Source: a bacterium
GTDB lineage: Bacteria; JADJOY01
Assembly (NCBI GenBank): GCA_046331705.1
Contig: JAXLQJ010000017.1
Span: 1 to 64,000, forward strand
Length of the DNA stretch: 64,000 nt
Direction of reading: 5' to 3'
Part shown: in pieces, positions 50,497 to 59,657 of the stretch
Layout of the letters: the number at the start of each line of letters is the position of its first letter
Numbering within the stretch: position 1 is the first letter of the stretch
Program-made: the position numbers and the translations under genes
Notes under the pieces: model-generated
What the model was told of the DNA's origin: nothing
Databases searched by the model: none
What the model saw: only the letters and a program-made list of their open reading frames with translations

Positions 50497-51636
50497 ATGA
50501 GCGATTTCCTCGACCACGACACCCGCGCGCGACTCTTCCCCGCCCTCGACGCTCGCTCGATCTTCCTGAACCACGCGGGCATCGCGCCGATCTCGGGCCC
50601 GGCCGCCGCGGCGCTCGAGCGCTACGCGCGGGAGGCGCAAGCGCCCACGCCCGAGGTGCTGCGCGGCTGGCTCGCCGAGAAGGCGCGCGCGCGTCGCGCC
50701 GTCGCGGACCTGATCGGCGCCGCGACCGAGGAAATCGCCTTCATGCCCAACACCACGGTGGCGGTCGCCACCATCGCCAACGGGCTGGCGCTCGGCCCGG
50801 GCGATCGCGTGATCGGCTTCGAGGGCGATTACCCGGCGAACGTGCTGCCGTGGCGACGGCTCGCGCGCCACGGCGTCGAGCACGTCCTCGCCCCCGCCCC
50901 CGACGGGCTGCCGGACCTCGCGGCGCTCGAGCGCCTCGTCGACGAGCGCACCCGCGTGGTGGCGGTGAGCACCGTGTGCTTCTGGTCAGGGGCGCGCGCG
51001 CCGCTCGGCGACATCGTCCGCATCGCGCGCCGGCACGGCGCGCTGGTGGCGGTGGACGGCGTGCAGAGCATCGGCGCGCTTTGCTTGGACGTGGGCTCCG
51101 CGGACGTCGACTTCGTGGCGTGCGGCGGCCTCAAGTGGATGCTCTCGCCCATGGGCGTCGGCTTCCTGTTCGTGCGGCGCGCGCTGCTCGATCGCCTCGA
51201 GGTCACCGAGCCCGGGGCCGACGCGAACGACCCGCCGCTGCCCTACCTCGACTACCGCGAGCGGCTGCGCGCCGACGCGGCGCGCTTCGAGGGCGGCACG
51301 CAGCCGACGGGAAACCTGTTCGCGATCGGGGCGAGCGCGCGCATGTTCCTCGACCTCGGCCGCGAGCGGATCGAGGAGGCGGTGCTGGCGAACGGCGAGC
51401 GCCTGGCGAGCGGGCTGTGCGAGCGCGGCTTCCGCGTGCTGAGCCCGCGCGACCCCGCGCTGCGCTCCGGCATCGTCGCGTTCCGCCATCGCGCGCTCGA
51501 CAACCGCACCGTGGTCGAGACGCTCGGCGCCAAGGGCGTGCGCTGCATCGAGCGCGAGGGCTGGGTGCGCTTCGCGCCCCACTTCTACCATCGCGCCGAC
51601 GAGCTCGACCGCGCCCTCGCCGCGCTACCGCCTTGA
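50497..51636 (+). CDS. Class V PLP-dependent aminotransferase / cysteine desulfurase-like enzyme
   Basis: FLNHAG, VDGVQSIG, GGLKWMLSPMGVG, RFEGGT, VRFAPHFY. Confidence 0.9.
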   Translation: MSDFLDHDTRARLFPALDARSIFLNHAGIAPISGPAAAALERYAREAQAPTPEVLRGWLAEKARARRAVADLIGAATEEIAFMPNTTVAVATIANGLALGPGDRVIGFEGDYPANVLPWRRLARHGVEHVLAPAPDGLPDLAALERLVDERTRVVAVSTVCFWSGARAPLGDIVRIARRHGALVAVDGVQSIGALCLDVGSADVDFVACGGLKWMLSPMGVGFLFVRRALLDRLEVTEPGADANDPPLPYLDYRERLRADAARFEGGTQPTGNLFAIGASARMFLDLGRERIEEAVLANGERLASGLCERGFRVLSPRDPALRSGIVAFRHRALDNRTVVETLGAKGVRCIEREGWVRFAPHFYHRADELDRALAALPP

Positions 51637-51954
51637 GCGTTCGAATTTGCACTCGGGGCACGGACAGATGTCGCGCAGGTGCTCCCAGGTGTAGATGCCG
51701 GTCGAGTGACCGTCGCTCCACTCGATCTGGATGGCGTAACGGCCCACCGGCTCGAGGCGCGTGGGCTTCACCTCGTCCGAGATGGACGCCGGGTCGAGGT
51801 TCGGCTGCCCCGTCCACTCGTCGATGCACACCGCGCAACGGCACGCGCGCCGGAGATCCGGCACGAAGTAGACGCTCTCGTGCCCATCCACCCACACGAT
51901 CTTGAGCTGCGACGGCCCGGCCTGCTCGATCGCCCGCGGCGCGATCATCGACAT
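51625..51954 (-). CDS. DUF971 (GBBH-like N-terminal) domain protein
   Basis: LKIVWVDGH, LRRACRCAVC, PVGRYAIQIEWSDGHSTGIYTWEHL, CPCPEC; GAGGAG RBS. Confidence 0.9.
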   Translation of the reverse strand: MSMIAPRAIEQAGPSQLKIVWVDGHESVYFVPDLRRACRCAVCIDEWTGQPNLDPASISDEVKPTRLEPVGRYAIQIEWSDGHSTGIYTWEHLRDICPCPECKFERSRR

Positions 51955-52153
51955 CGACGGATCTCCTCTGGCCGCGAAAGCGGCGCGCGCAGGATGGCCG
52001 AGGGCCCGGCCGCGCCGCAAGATGCGCACGCGCGATCGCAGGATGCGCGTCGGCATCCCGAATTCACCTGAGCTTGTTCGCCGATTGTCGAAGGGCGTAT
52101 GAGAGCCGAGACGCTCGACTTCAACGCAATTCCACGGCGACGAGGTGACCAGG

Positions 52154-55100
52154 ATGGCCGGCGCGGACACGTCGCACCCGAACGAGGCTGCCGAGAAGCT
52201 GTCGAATCGCTGGAAGCTCGCCGCCGCGTTGGTGATCGTCGCGTCGCTGGCGGGAATCGCCAGGTCGGGCGCGCCCATGCGCGCGGAGCACGAGCGGGTC
52301 GCGAAGAATCACCCGGCGCCCGGCGCGCCGCGCTCGATCCTGCTGAGTGTCCAGGACGCCAACGCGCGCGTGAACGACTGGCGCGACCGCGACGTGACGC
52401 GCGTCGTGTCGTCGCTGCTGCGCCACGACGACTGCTTCGTGCTGAGCTACGCCGCGCTCGCGGCGTGCATCGGAGGACTCGTCGGGTATGGACTGCGCAA
52501 TCGGGGGCGAACGTACACGCCTCAGCTCGTGGGCCTGCCCGTGGCACTCGGGGTCACGGACCTCGCCGAGAACTTCTTGGCGCGCGCGCAGCTCGATCTC
52601 GGCTCGCCGTTGCCCGCGCTCGTGGTCCACGCGAGCGCGACCGCCACGGCGCTCAAGTACACCCTCCTCGCCATCGTCGGGATCGTGTTCGTGTGGCAGC
52701 TCGGACGCGTGCTGTTCACGCGGGCGACGTCACGCCCCGAGCTGGCGACGCCCGGCGAGGTCCGGTACGAGGAGCGGCGCTACCTGGCACGACGCCGCGG
52801 CCTCGACCCAGCGACCGATCTCCACGCGATCGTTCCCGTCGGCCTGGCGTTCTCGGGCGGCGGCATCCGATCGGCGACGTTCAATCTCGGCACCCTCCAG
52901 GCGCTCGCGAGCCATCGCCTACTCCCCCACGTCGATTACCTGAGCACGGTCTCCGGCGGCGGCTACATCGGCGGCGCGCTGTCGTCGCTGCTGTCGCTCG
53001 CGCGCGAACGAGGGAACCGCGACAAGGCCGGCAGGAACGAGCCGCGGTTCGGCACGACACCGGAACGATTTCCCTTCAACCCCGAGAAGAGCGAGCAACG
53101 CGAGCTCGAGGGATTCGACGGTGCGGACGAGCTCTCCCATCTGCGCACGCACGGCGACTTCCTGGTCGCACGTCGCAACTTCTTCTCACGGGAGCTCATG
53201 CGCGCCGTCGGCGGGGTGATCTCCGGCATCCTGATCCATCTCGCGGTCTTCACGGTCTTCCTCACGGGTGTCGCTGGCGTGCTCGTGGCACACGTGGCGT
53301 GGACGACGGGTCGAGCTCCCGCGGACCTCCTGCCCTTCTCCATTCCCACCTGCCAGACCTCCGGCGCGTGCGCGGAGGCGGAAGCCGGCCCGCAGGCGTC
53401 ATCGATCGGATCCTACGTGACCGCGCTCGCCCTGCCCGGCGCGAGCGGGGGGCGGCCAGCGCTGCTGTCGGGCGGCCTCACGGGCGCCGTCGTCGCGCTG
53501 CTGGTGTTGCTTGCGGGATTCGTGCTTCCACGCTGGCACCGGCACAAGCGACGTTCAGGTACGCGTGCGGGCGCGCACACCAACGATGCCGATGGGCGAA
53601 CCCCGGAAGAGTTGGACGAGGGAAGCTTTCTCGCGTGGCTGCTGGGAACCACGAGCGTGGCCGTGGGTCTGGTCACCTGGCGGCGCAGGCAGCAACTCGC
53701 CGAGCTGCATGCGCTCCTCGCACCGCTCGCGTTCTGCCTGGCCGGGCTCGGGGTCAGCCTGCTCGTGCACGTGCTGTTCGAAAGCTGGCGGCCACGCGAT
53801 TCCAAGCTCGGCAGGCTGCTGGGATGGCTGAGCAGCGAGCGGACGCGACGCTCTCGCATCGCCGCGACCCAAGGGTGGTTTCTCTACCTGAGCCTCGGCG
53901 CGCTGCTGCTCACGGCGCTCCCGTACGCGCTCTACCGCTGGGGCAATGCCGGTGCGCTTCCAGGCGAAGCCAAGACCGGCGGCGTGCTCGCCCTCGTGCT
54001 CACGCGATGGCTCGCAGGGCGCGGCGGCGAGAGCGGCGCGGCCGGTGGCATCGGCGGCGCGATCGGCTGGGGGCGGAAGATCGCGCGCCTGGCCGAGCCC
54101 CTGCGCAACGCGGTGCTCGGAGCGCTGGTCACGGGTCTCGTGCTGGTGGCCGTGATCGGTCTCGGGGCTGGGATCGGCGCAGTGACGCCGAATGCCGCCG
54201 CGCTCGGCCACTACGCGTTCGCGGTCGCACTGCTCGCCTTCGCCGTGTTCGGCGTGCTCGGCATCGTCGTCGACTTCAACCGCATCTCCGCCCACCACTT
54301 CTATCGGGACCGCCTCGCGGAGACGTATCTCGAGACATGGATCCGTCGCGGCGGCTCCGGCGGTCGCGCTGACGGGTTCGTCCACGGCCGCGAGCAGACG
54401 GACCTCCGGCTCGCCGAGCTGCAGGGCGGGTCGGCGGTGAGCGCCGATGCGACGGCGAACGAATCGATGATGGGCGCCCCGTATCACCTGGTCGTCACGG
54501 CGCTGAACCTGACCTCGAGCCACGACCTGTCGCGCCGCGACCGGAAATCGGATCATTTCCTGTTCACGCCGCGCTACTGCGGATCCGCGACGACCGGCTA
54601 CTTGCCGACGGACGTCTATCGCGGCGGCGAGACCAAGCTCGCCCGCGCCATCGGCATCTCGGGCGCCGCGGCCGCTCCCGGGATGGGACGCGGCACCTTC
54701 TTCGCGCAGGCGCTGGCGATGACGGTGACGAACGTCCGCCTCGGCCAGTGGATGGAGAACCCGGGCTACCGTGGCGGACGCTGTGCAGGTCGGCAGGAGA
54801 GCGGCGTGTTCTGGCCCTACTACCTGCTACGCGAGTTGCTCGGGCTCAGCGATGCGCGGCGACGGCTCGTGTACCTGAGCGACGGCGGGCACACCGGTGA
54901 CAACCTCGGCATCGTGCCGCTGCTCGAGCGACGCTGCGGGCTCATCGTCGCGTGCGACGCGGAAAGCGACCCCCGGTATCACTTCGGGTCGCTGACGAAC
55001 GCGTTGCGTCAGATCTACGTCGACGCCAACGTCAAGATCGACATCGACGTGACCGCGGCTCGCGCCGGGAGCGCAGGGCACTGCGCCGAGCACTTCGCCA

Positions 55101-55507
55101 TCGGCCGCATTCGCTACCCCGAGATTCGCAACGCCGCGGGCAAGACGACGGACCCGGCCGCCACCGGCTGGCTGCTCGTGCTCAAGGCCTCGCTCACGGG
55201 CGACGAGCTGGCGCGAATCGACATGTACAAGCAGGATCATCCAGATTTCCCGCAACACACCACGGCCGACCAGTTCTTCGACGACGACGAGTTCGAGGCC
55301 TTTCGCGAGCTCGGCTATCACATCGCCAAGCAGGTCCTCGGCGGCATGGGATCCGAGGCGTTCCAATGCGGCACTCCGGAGTGGACCAGCCATTGGGAGG
55401 CGTTCTTCGCGAAGCACGGCGGCGCGGCGGCACGAGCGACCGCTTTCGCGAATCGCTCGGACGCGAGCGCCGAGGGGCCAGCCGGTGACGCGACGCCGCC
55501 CGAGTGA
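52154..55507 (+). CDS. Large multi-pass membrane patatin/cPLA2-like phospholipase
   Basis: GLAFSGGGIRSA, DYLSTVSGGGY, ISGAA, NVRLG.W, LSDGGH..NLG, FPQHTTADQFF; many TM helices; alternative start GTG 52145. Confidence 0.85.
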   Translation: MAGADTSHPNEAAEKLSNRWKLAAALVIVASLAGIARSGAPMRAEHERVAKNHPAPGAPRSILLSVQDANARVNDWRDRDVTRVVSSLLRHDDCFVLSYAALAACIGGLVGYGLRNRGRTYTPQLVGLPVALGVTDLAENFLARAQLDLGSPLPALVVHASATATALKYTLLAIVGIVFVWQLGRVLFTRATSRPELATPGEVRYEERRYLARRRGLDPATDLHAIVPVGLAFSGGGIRSATFNLGTLQALASHRLLPHVDYLSTVSGGGYIGGALSSLLSLARERGNRDKAGRNEPRFGTTPERFPFNPEKSEQRELEGFDGADELSHLRTHGDFLVARRNFFSRELMRAVGGVISGILIHLAVFTVFLTGVAGVLVAHVAWTTGRAPADLLPFSIPTCQTSGACAEAEAGPQASSIGSYVTALALPGASGGRPALLSGGLTGAVVALLVLLAGFVLPRWHRHKRRSGTRAGAHTNDADGRTPEELDEGSFLAWLLGTTSVAVGLVTWRRRQQLAELHALLAPLAFCLAGLGVSLLVHVLFESWRPRDSKLGRLLGWLSSERTRRSRIAATQGWFLYLSLGALLLTALPYALYRWGNAGALPGEAKTGGVLALVLTRWLAGRGGESGAAGGIGGAIGWGRKIARLAEPLRNAVLGALVTGLVLVAVIGLGAGIGAVTPNAAALGHYAFAVALLAFAVFGVLGIVVDFNRISAHHFYRDRLAETYLETWIRRGGSGGRADGFVHGREQTDLRLAELQGGSAVSADATANESMMGAPYHLVVTALNLTSSHDLSRRDRKSDHFLFTPRYCGSATTGYLPTDVYRGGETKLARAIGISGAAAAPGMGRGTFFAQALAMTVTNVRLGQWMENPGYRGGRCAGRQESGVFWPYYLLRELLGLSDARRRLVYLSDGGHTGDNLGIVPLLERRCGLIVACDAESDPRYHFGSLTNALRQIYVDANVKIDIDVTAARAGSAGHCAEHFAIGRIRYPEIRNAAGKTTDPAATGWLLVLKASLTGDELARIDMYKQDHPDFPQHTTADQFFDDDEFEAFRELGYHIAKQVLGGMGSEAFQCGTPEWTSHWEAFFAKHGGAAARATAFANRSDASAEGPAGDATPPE

Positions 55508-55865
55508 GCCCGCCTGGCGCGACGAAGGCTTGCCGACGGTCAATCTGAAGATCGATCAACCGACGCTGCTCGAGGCACGGGCACGCCTCGACGCGGAGAT
55601 CTCGCTCGCCAAGCATTGCGGGCTGGCGGCGCTCAAGCTGGTGCACGGCTATGGATCGTCGGGCCAGGGTGGCGCCATCCGCAAGGGAATCCGCGAATCA
55701 CTCGACCGCCGCGCCCGCGAAGGGCGCATCCGCGGCTGGATCGCCGGCGAGGACTGGGACCTCTTTCATCCCCGCACGCGAGACGTTCTTGCCGAGGCCA
55801 AAGGCGCCGACCGCGACCACGATCTGGGTCGCGGCAACCCTGGCGTGACGATCGTCATCCTCTGA
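55485..55865 (+). CDS. Stand-alone Smr/MutS2-domain protein
   Basis: TVNLK...LKLVHGYGSSGQGG.IR...GNPGVTIVIL. Confidence 0.85.
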   Translation: MTRRRPSEPAWRDEGLPTVNLKIDQPTLLEARARLDAEISLAKHCGLAALKLVHGYGSSGQGGAIRKGIRESLDRRAREGRIRGWIAGEDWDLFHPRTRDVLAEAKGADRDHDLGRGNPGVTIVIL

Positions 55866-56048
55866 CCGTGCTGGCCGAGACCAGATCTCGCCAGCGAGGG
55901 ATTATTCCCGGAAGAAATACACTTCATCTGCGGCATATTCATTGCTGTGCTCCGCGCGAGCGTTCCGACGCATGGTTCCGAACGATGCCCCGCAGGGGGG
56001 CTTTGCGCACGGGCCTGAGACTCGAGGCCCGTCAGCCGGAGGCTAGTC

Positions 56049-57128
56049 ATGCAGCATCGCCGTCATCCCGCGACCCTCACACTCTTGTTGCTTTTCAGCG
56101 CGTTGTTCTCGACCGTCGCCGCGAACGCCGCGCCTTCGGACGCAACCGACGAGCGATTCGCACCTGGCGGAGTGCTCGAAGGCTTTCAGGCGGTTCCCGG
56201 CGGAGAGGATGCGTACTTCTCGGGGACGGCAGTCGCCCCGGCCGCAGCTGTCAAAAACGTGACGTTCACGCTCGTCACGTCCAACGACACGCCGCTCTAC
56301 GGAGTCGAGGTGGCACTCGAGGGCGGCGGGGGGTCATTCAAGGCCACCACGGGCCTGAACGGTGTGGCGATTTTCCCCACCGTCGCCGCCGGCACGTTCA
56401 AGGTGAGCTTGGTCGGTCTGCCGCCGAACCAGGTGCCGACCAACGCACCCACGACGCTCACGATCGCGAAGAGCACGAACGTCACCATCGAGACGGCGCT
56501 CATCTTCCCCGGCCGCAGCCACGAGTGGATTCTCTTCGGCGACTCGAACTCCACACCGCTGCCTCCGGACATCATCGGCTTCGACGTCTTCCTGAACAGC
56601 GATCATCGGTTCGCCAACTACGTGAGCTTCGCGCTCAACGAGGTCGACTACGCGCTCGGCAACACCCCCATCGCGGGCTATCCGGGTGCGAACAAGGGCA
56701 TCGACATCGTCATCAACGGCGAGAACGCCCACCCGAACGCGGCCCTCGCCCACATCCGCTACGGGATCAACGACATCCACCGCTACCTCGGCAATCCCAC
56801 CTCCGCGAACGTCACCACCTTCCGGAACGCCTACACCCAAGCGGTCCAGACGACGCTCGGCCACGGCATCATCCCGATCCTGTGGACGCTCTCGAAGGAG
56901 AAGAACACGAGCTACGACGCGGGCTACGACGCCGCGAACAAGGTCATCAAGGACCTCGCCGCCGCGTACCATCTGCCGCTCGTGGTTTCCAACATCAACG
57001 CGCGCAGCAATCCCAAGCTCTTCATCTCGGACGGCGTGCACAACAGCAACGCCGGCAATGTCTACCTTCTGAGCCTCATGGATCAGACGCTGATGGCGTG
57101 GTTCACGCGCGGCTCGTTCGCGCCGTGA
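56049..57128 (+). CDS. Secreted SGNH/GDSL hydrolase with an N-terminal beta-sandwich domain
   Basis: GGAGG RBS, signal peptide ending ANA, FGDSNS, YGIND, DGVH. Confidence 0.8.
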   Translation: MQHRRHPATLTLLLLFSALFSTVAANAAPSDATDERFAPGGVLEGFQAVPGGEDAYFSGTAVAPAAAVKNVTFTLVTSNDTPLYGVEVALEGGGGSFKATTGLNGVAIFPTVAAGTFKVSLVGLPPNQVPTNAPTTLTIAKSTNVTIETALIFPGRSHEWILFGDSNSTPLPPDIIGFDVFLNSDHRFANYVSFALNEVDYALGNTPIAGYPGANKGIDIVINGENAHPNAALAHIRYGINDIHRYLGNPTSANVTTFRNAYTQAVQTTLGHGIIPILWTLSKEKNTSYDAGYDAANKVIKDLAAAYHLPLVVSNINARSNPKLFISDGVHNSNAGNVYLLSLMDQTLMAWFTRGSFAP

Positions 57129-57230
57129 CGCAGCGGCTCGTTCCGCGCGCGGATTCTCGCCCGACTCGCGCGCGCGGAAGCTCGCGCCGCCGGGCGCCGC
57201 TCGGGTGCGCCAGCCGCGGCGAGGGCTGAG

Positions 57231-57797
57231 TTGACCGCTCGCCGGCTGGTGGCCTTCGTCGCGTTCGTGGCAGGGGTGGTCCTCGCGCGAGGTCCGCTGA
57301 CCACGGGCCCGGCGCGCTACCAGCGCCTCTCCGACGTCGTCGGCCCCTACGTCGAGAAGCTGGGCGACCCGCGCGCGGACTCACGCTACCTCGACTCGAA
57401 GCCCTACGTGCTGCTCTTCTTCTCCGCGAGCTGGTGTGGTCCCTGTCAGGAGTTCGCGCCACAGCTCACGCGCTTCTACGCCCGCTATTCCAAACAGCAC
57501 GACTTCGAGGTGGTGCTGGTCAGCAAGGATCGCGGAGCCGACGAGCTGCGCCGCGAGATCCAGGAGCATCACATGCCCTGGGTAGCGGTCCCCTTCCAAA
57601 ATCTGAAGGCTCGGGGCCAGCTCCTTCGGTGGTACGGCGGCGACGGCGGCATACCGAACGTGGTGCTGATCGACCGCAACGGTCACAAGCTCGCGTCGTC
57701 GTACGGAGCGCTCGGCTATCGAGGCCCGTATGCACCCTTGCAGGATCTGCAGCGCCTCTGGCGATCCAGCGACCCGCCTTTCTCTCCCAGTACCTGA
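57231..57797 (+). CDS. Exported thioredoxin-like (nucleoredoxin/tryparedoxin-type) protein
   Basis: FFSASWCGPC, FEVVLVSKD, MPWVAVPF, GIPNVVLID. Confidence 0.88.
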   Translation: MTARRLVAFVAFVAGVVLARGPLTTGPARYQRLSDVVGPYVEKLGDPRADSRYLDSKPYVLLFFSASWCGPCQEFAPQLTRFYARYSKQHDFEVVLVSKDRGADELRREIQEHHMPWVAVPFQNLKARGQLLRWYGGDGGIPNVVLIDRNGHKLASSYGALGYRGPYAPLQDLQRLWRSSDPPFSPST

Positions 57798-57885
57798 GCG
57801 CACGAGCAGCCCTGCACCACGTGCGCGCGTGCATGGGCACGTGCTAGGTTTCGCGATCTTCGCGGTTCAACGCCGGAGGTCGTCG

Positions 57886-58800
57886 ATGTCCAACGCCGCT
57901 CGCTCGCTGGTGCTCGTTTCGTGCGCCGTGATCGCACTCTCCTCGACGGGGTGCACCAATCTCGCAGCCAACCTCCTCGCCGGCGGTGAAGGACCGAGTG
58001 TCTACGCGACCGACGACGATCCCGAGCTGGTTCGCGACGCCGTGCCGTTCGGCCTCAAGCTCCAGGAGCAGGTGCTACAGAAGACCCCCGAGCACCAGGG
58101 GCTGCTCACTTCCCTCGCGAAGAGCTACACGCAGTACGCCTACGGCCTCGTCTATCCAGACTCGGAGGCGCCGGGCGTGACCGTGGCGCAGGCCAAGGAG
58201 ATCCGCGCCCGCGTGAAGAAGCTCCTGCTGCGAGCGCGCGGCTACGGTTTTCGGGCGCTCGACGTGAGCCATCCGGGGTTCGAGGAAGGTGTCCGCAAGG
58301 ACCGCGCGGCGACGCTCGCCAAGATCACCAAGGACGAGCTCGCGATGCTCTACTGGACCGGCGCCGCCTGGGGCGCGGCGGCGGCGGTGGCGAAGGACGA
58401 TCCGCTCCTGCTCGGCGATCTCGGTGTCGTCGAGGCGATGATGAAGCGCGCGCAGGACCTCGACGCCTGCTACGACAAGGGGGCGATCCACGAGGTGCTC
58501 ATGTCCCTCGACGCGAGCCGTCCCGAGTCGATGGGCGGCAGCGTCGAGCGCGCCGCGCAGCACCGCGAGCAGATCGCCGCGTGCGGCGGCGCGGACAAGA
58601 TCGGCCCCACCGTGAGCTGGGCCGCGAGCGTGAGCGTCCGCAAGCAGGACAAGGCCGAGTTCGAGAAGCTCCTGAAGGAAGCGCTTGCGTTCGACGTGAA
58701 CAAAGCGCCCGACTTCAAGCTCGCGAACATCCTGGCGCAGCGCCGCGCGCAGCGGCTGCTCGACAAGGCCGACGATCTCTTCCTGAGCGACGACGAGTAG
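57886..58800 (+). CDS. tatT: TRAP transporter TatT component (lipoprotein)
   Basis: GGAGG RBS, STGC lipobox, DDDPELVRDAVPFGLK, YTQYAY, LYWTGAAWG, MGGSVERA, NILAQRRAQRLL...DDLF. Confidence 0.85.
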   Translation: MSNAARSLVLVSCAVIALSSTGCTNLAANLLAGGEGPSVYATDDDPELVRDAVPFGLKLQEQVLQKTPEHQGLLTSLAKSYTQYAYGLVYPDSEAPGVTVAQAKEIRARVKKLLLRARGYGFRALDVSHPGFEEGVRKDRAATLAKITKDELAMLYWTGAAWGAAAAVAKDDPLLLGDLGVVEAMMKRAQDLDACYDKGAIHEVLMSLDASRPESMGGSVERAAQHREQIAACGGADKIGPTVSWAASVSVRKQDKAEFEKLLKEALAFDVNKAPDFKLANILAQRRAQRLLDKADDLFLSDDE

Positions 58801-58987
58801 ACGACCGACCCGAAATCACCCGCACGTCGATCATCCGGCTAGCCATGCGGCCGACCCCTCGCAGCGCGGGACTTGTTCCCTGCCAGAGTTCCGCGGACCG
58901 GCGGAGCCGTTCCCTCCGGCTAGCGGTTCGACACCTGGTCGGTGATTTCGAACCGAGAAATTCGGATCGACGTCTGCGATGCGCGTC

Positions 58988-59638
58988 ATGACACCGATCA
59001 TCGAGACGCCGTTCGGGTGGATCGAGATCGAGTTTCGCGCGACGACCGGCTCGCGAATGGGACCAGGCGGCGACCTGGACGCGGCGCGAGGCGCGAAAGG
59101 CACGCGCATTCGCTGCTGGTCGAGTGCGCTCTTCGAGCTGCAGATCATGACCGGGCCAGCTGACCCACGGCTGCCCTACTCCCTCACGGTCGACGAATGC
59201 ATCGGCGCCGTCTGGCGTGTACACGCGAGCTTCGATCTCGAGGCCTTCGACGTGAGCTGCGGCCTTCCGGATGCTCCGCTCGAGGGATCACCCGAAACCG
59301 GGCAGCATCTCGAATGTCAGACCTGGTCACACGACGGACGATTTCTGGCTCTCGGCACCGAGGACGACGAGGCGCTCTGGCTTCGCGCGGAGCGCGGAAT
59401 TGCGCTGCCGCGCCGTCTCGCCGGCACGTACTTCCGTCGCTTCGAGGCCAACGTCCGTGCTCGCTACGATGCTCGCGGCATCACCGTCGCCATTCCGGCG
59501 ATACGCCGCGGCGAAGTGATCGGCGGGCATTTCGTCGCCGCATGGGCGCCCGAGTCGAAAGCGGATCAGGGCGCGTGGTACGCGGTGGACTGGGTACACG
59601 AAAAGCTCTGCGCGGCACTCTCGATCGGCGAGGCGTGA
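58988..59638 (+). CDS. Hypothetical protein
   Basis: Protein-like 216-aa ORF filling the gap between tatT and dctQM; no family recognised. Confidence 0.55.
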   Translation: MTPIIETPFGWIEIEFRATTGSRMGPGGDLDAARGAKGTRIRCWSSALFELQIMTGPADPRLPYSLTVDECIGAVWRVHASFDLEAFDVSCGLPDAPLEGSPETGQHLECQTWSHDGRFLALGTEDDEALWLRAERGIALPRRLAGTYFRRFEANVRARYDARGITVAIPAIRRGEVIGGHFVAAWAPESKADQGAWYAVDWVHEKLCAALSIGEA

Positions 59639-59657
59639 CGCTGACGCGCCTCCGGCG

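Noticed and set aside
55866-56048. AT-richer leader with hairpins (ACGGGCCT/AGGCCCGT) as a possible riboswitch
   Set aside because: No conserved aptamer core recognised; a covariance-model search would be needed
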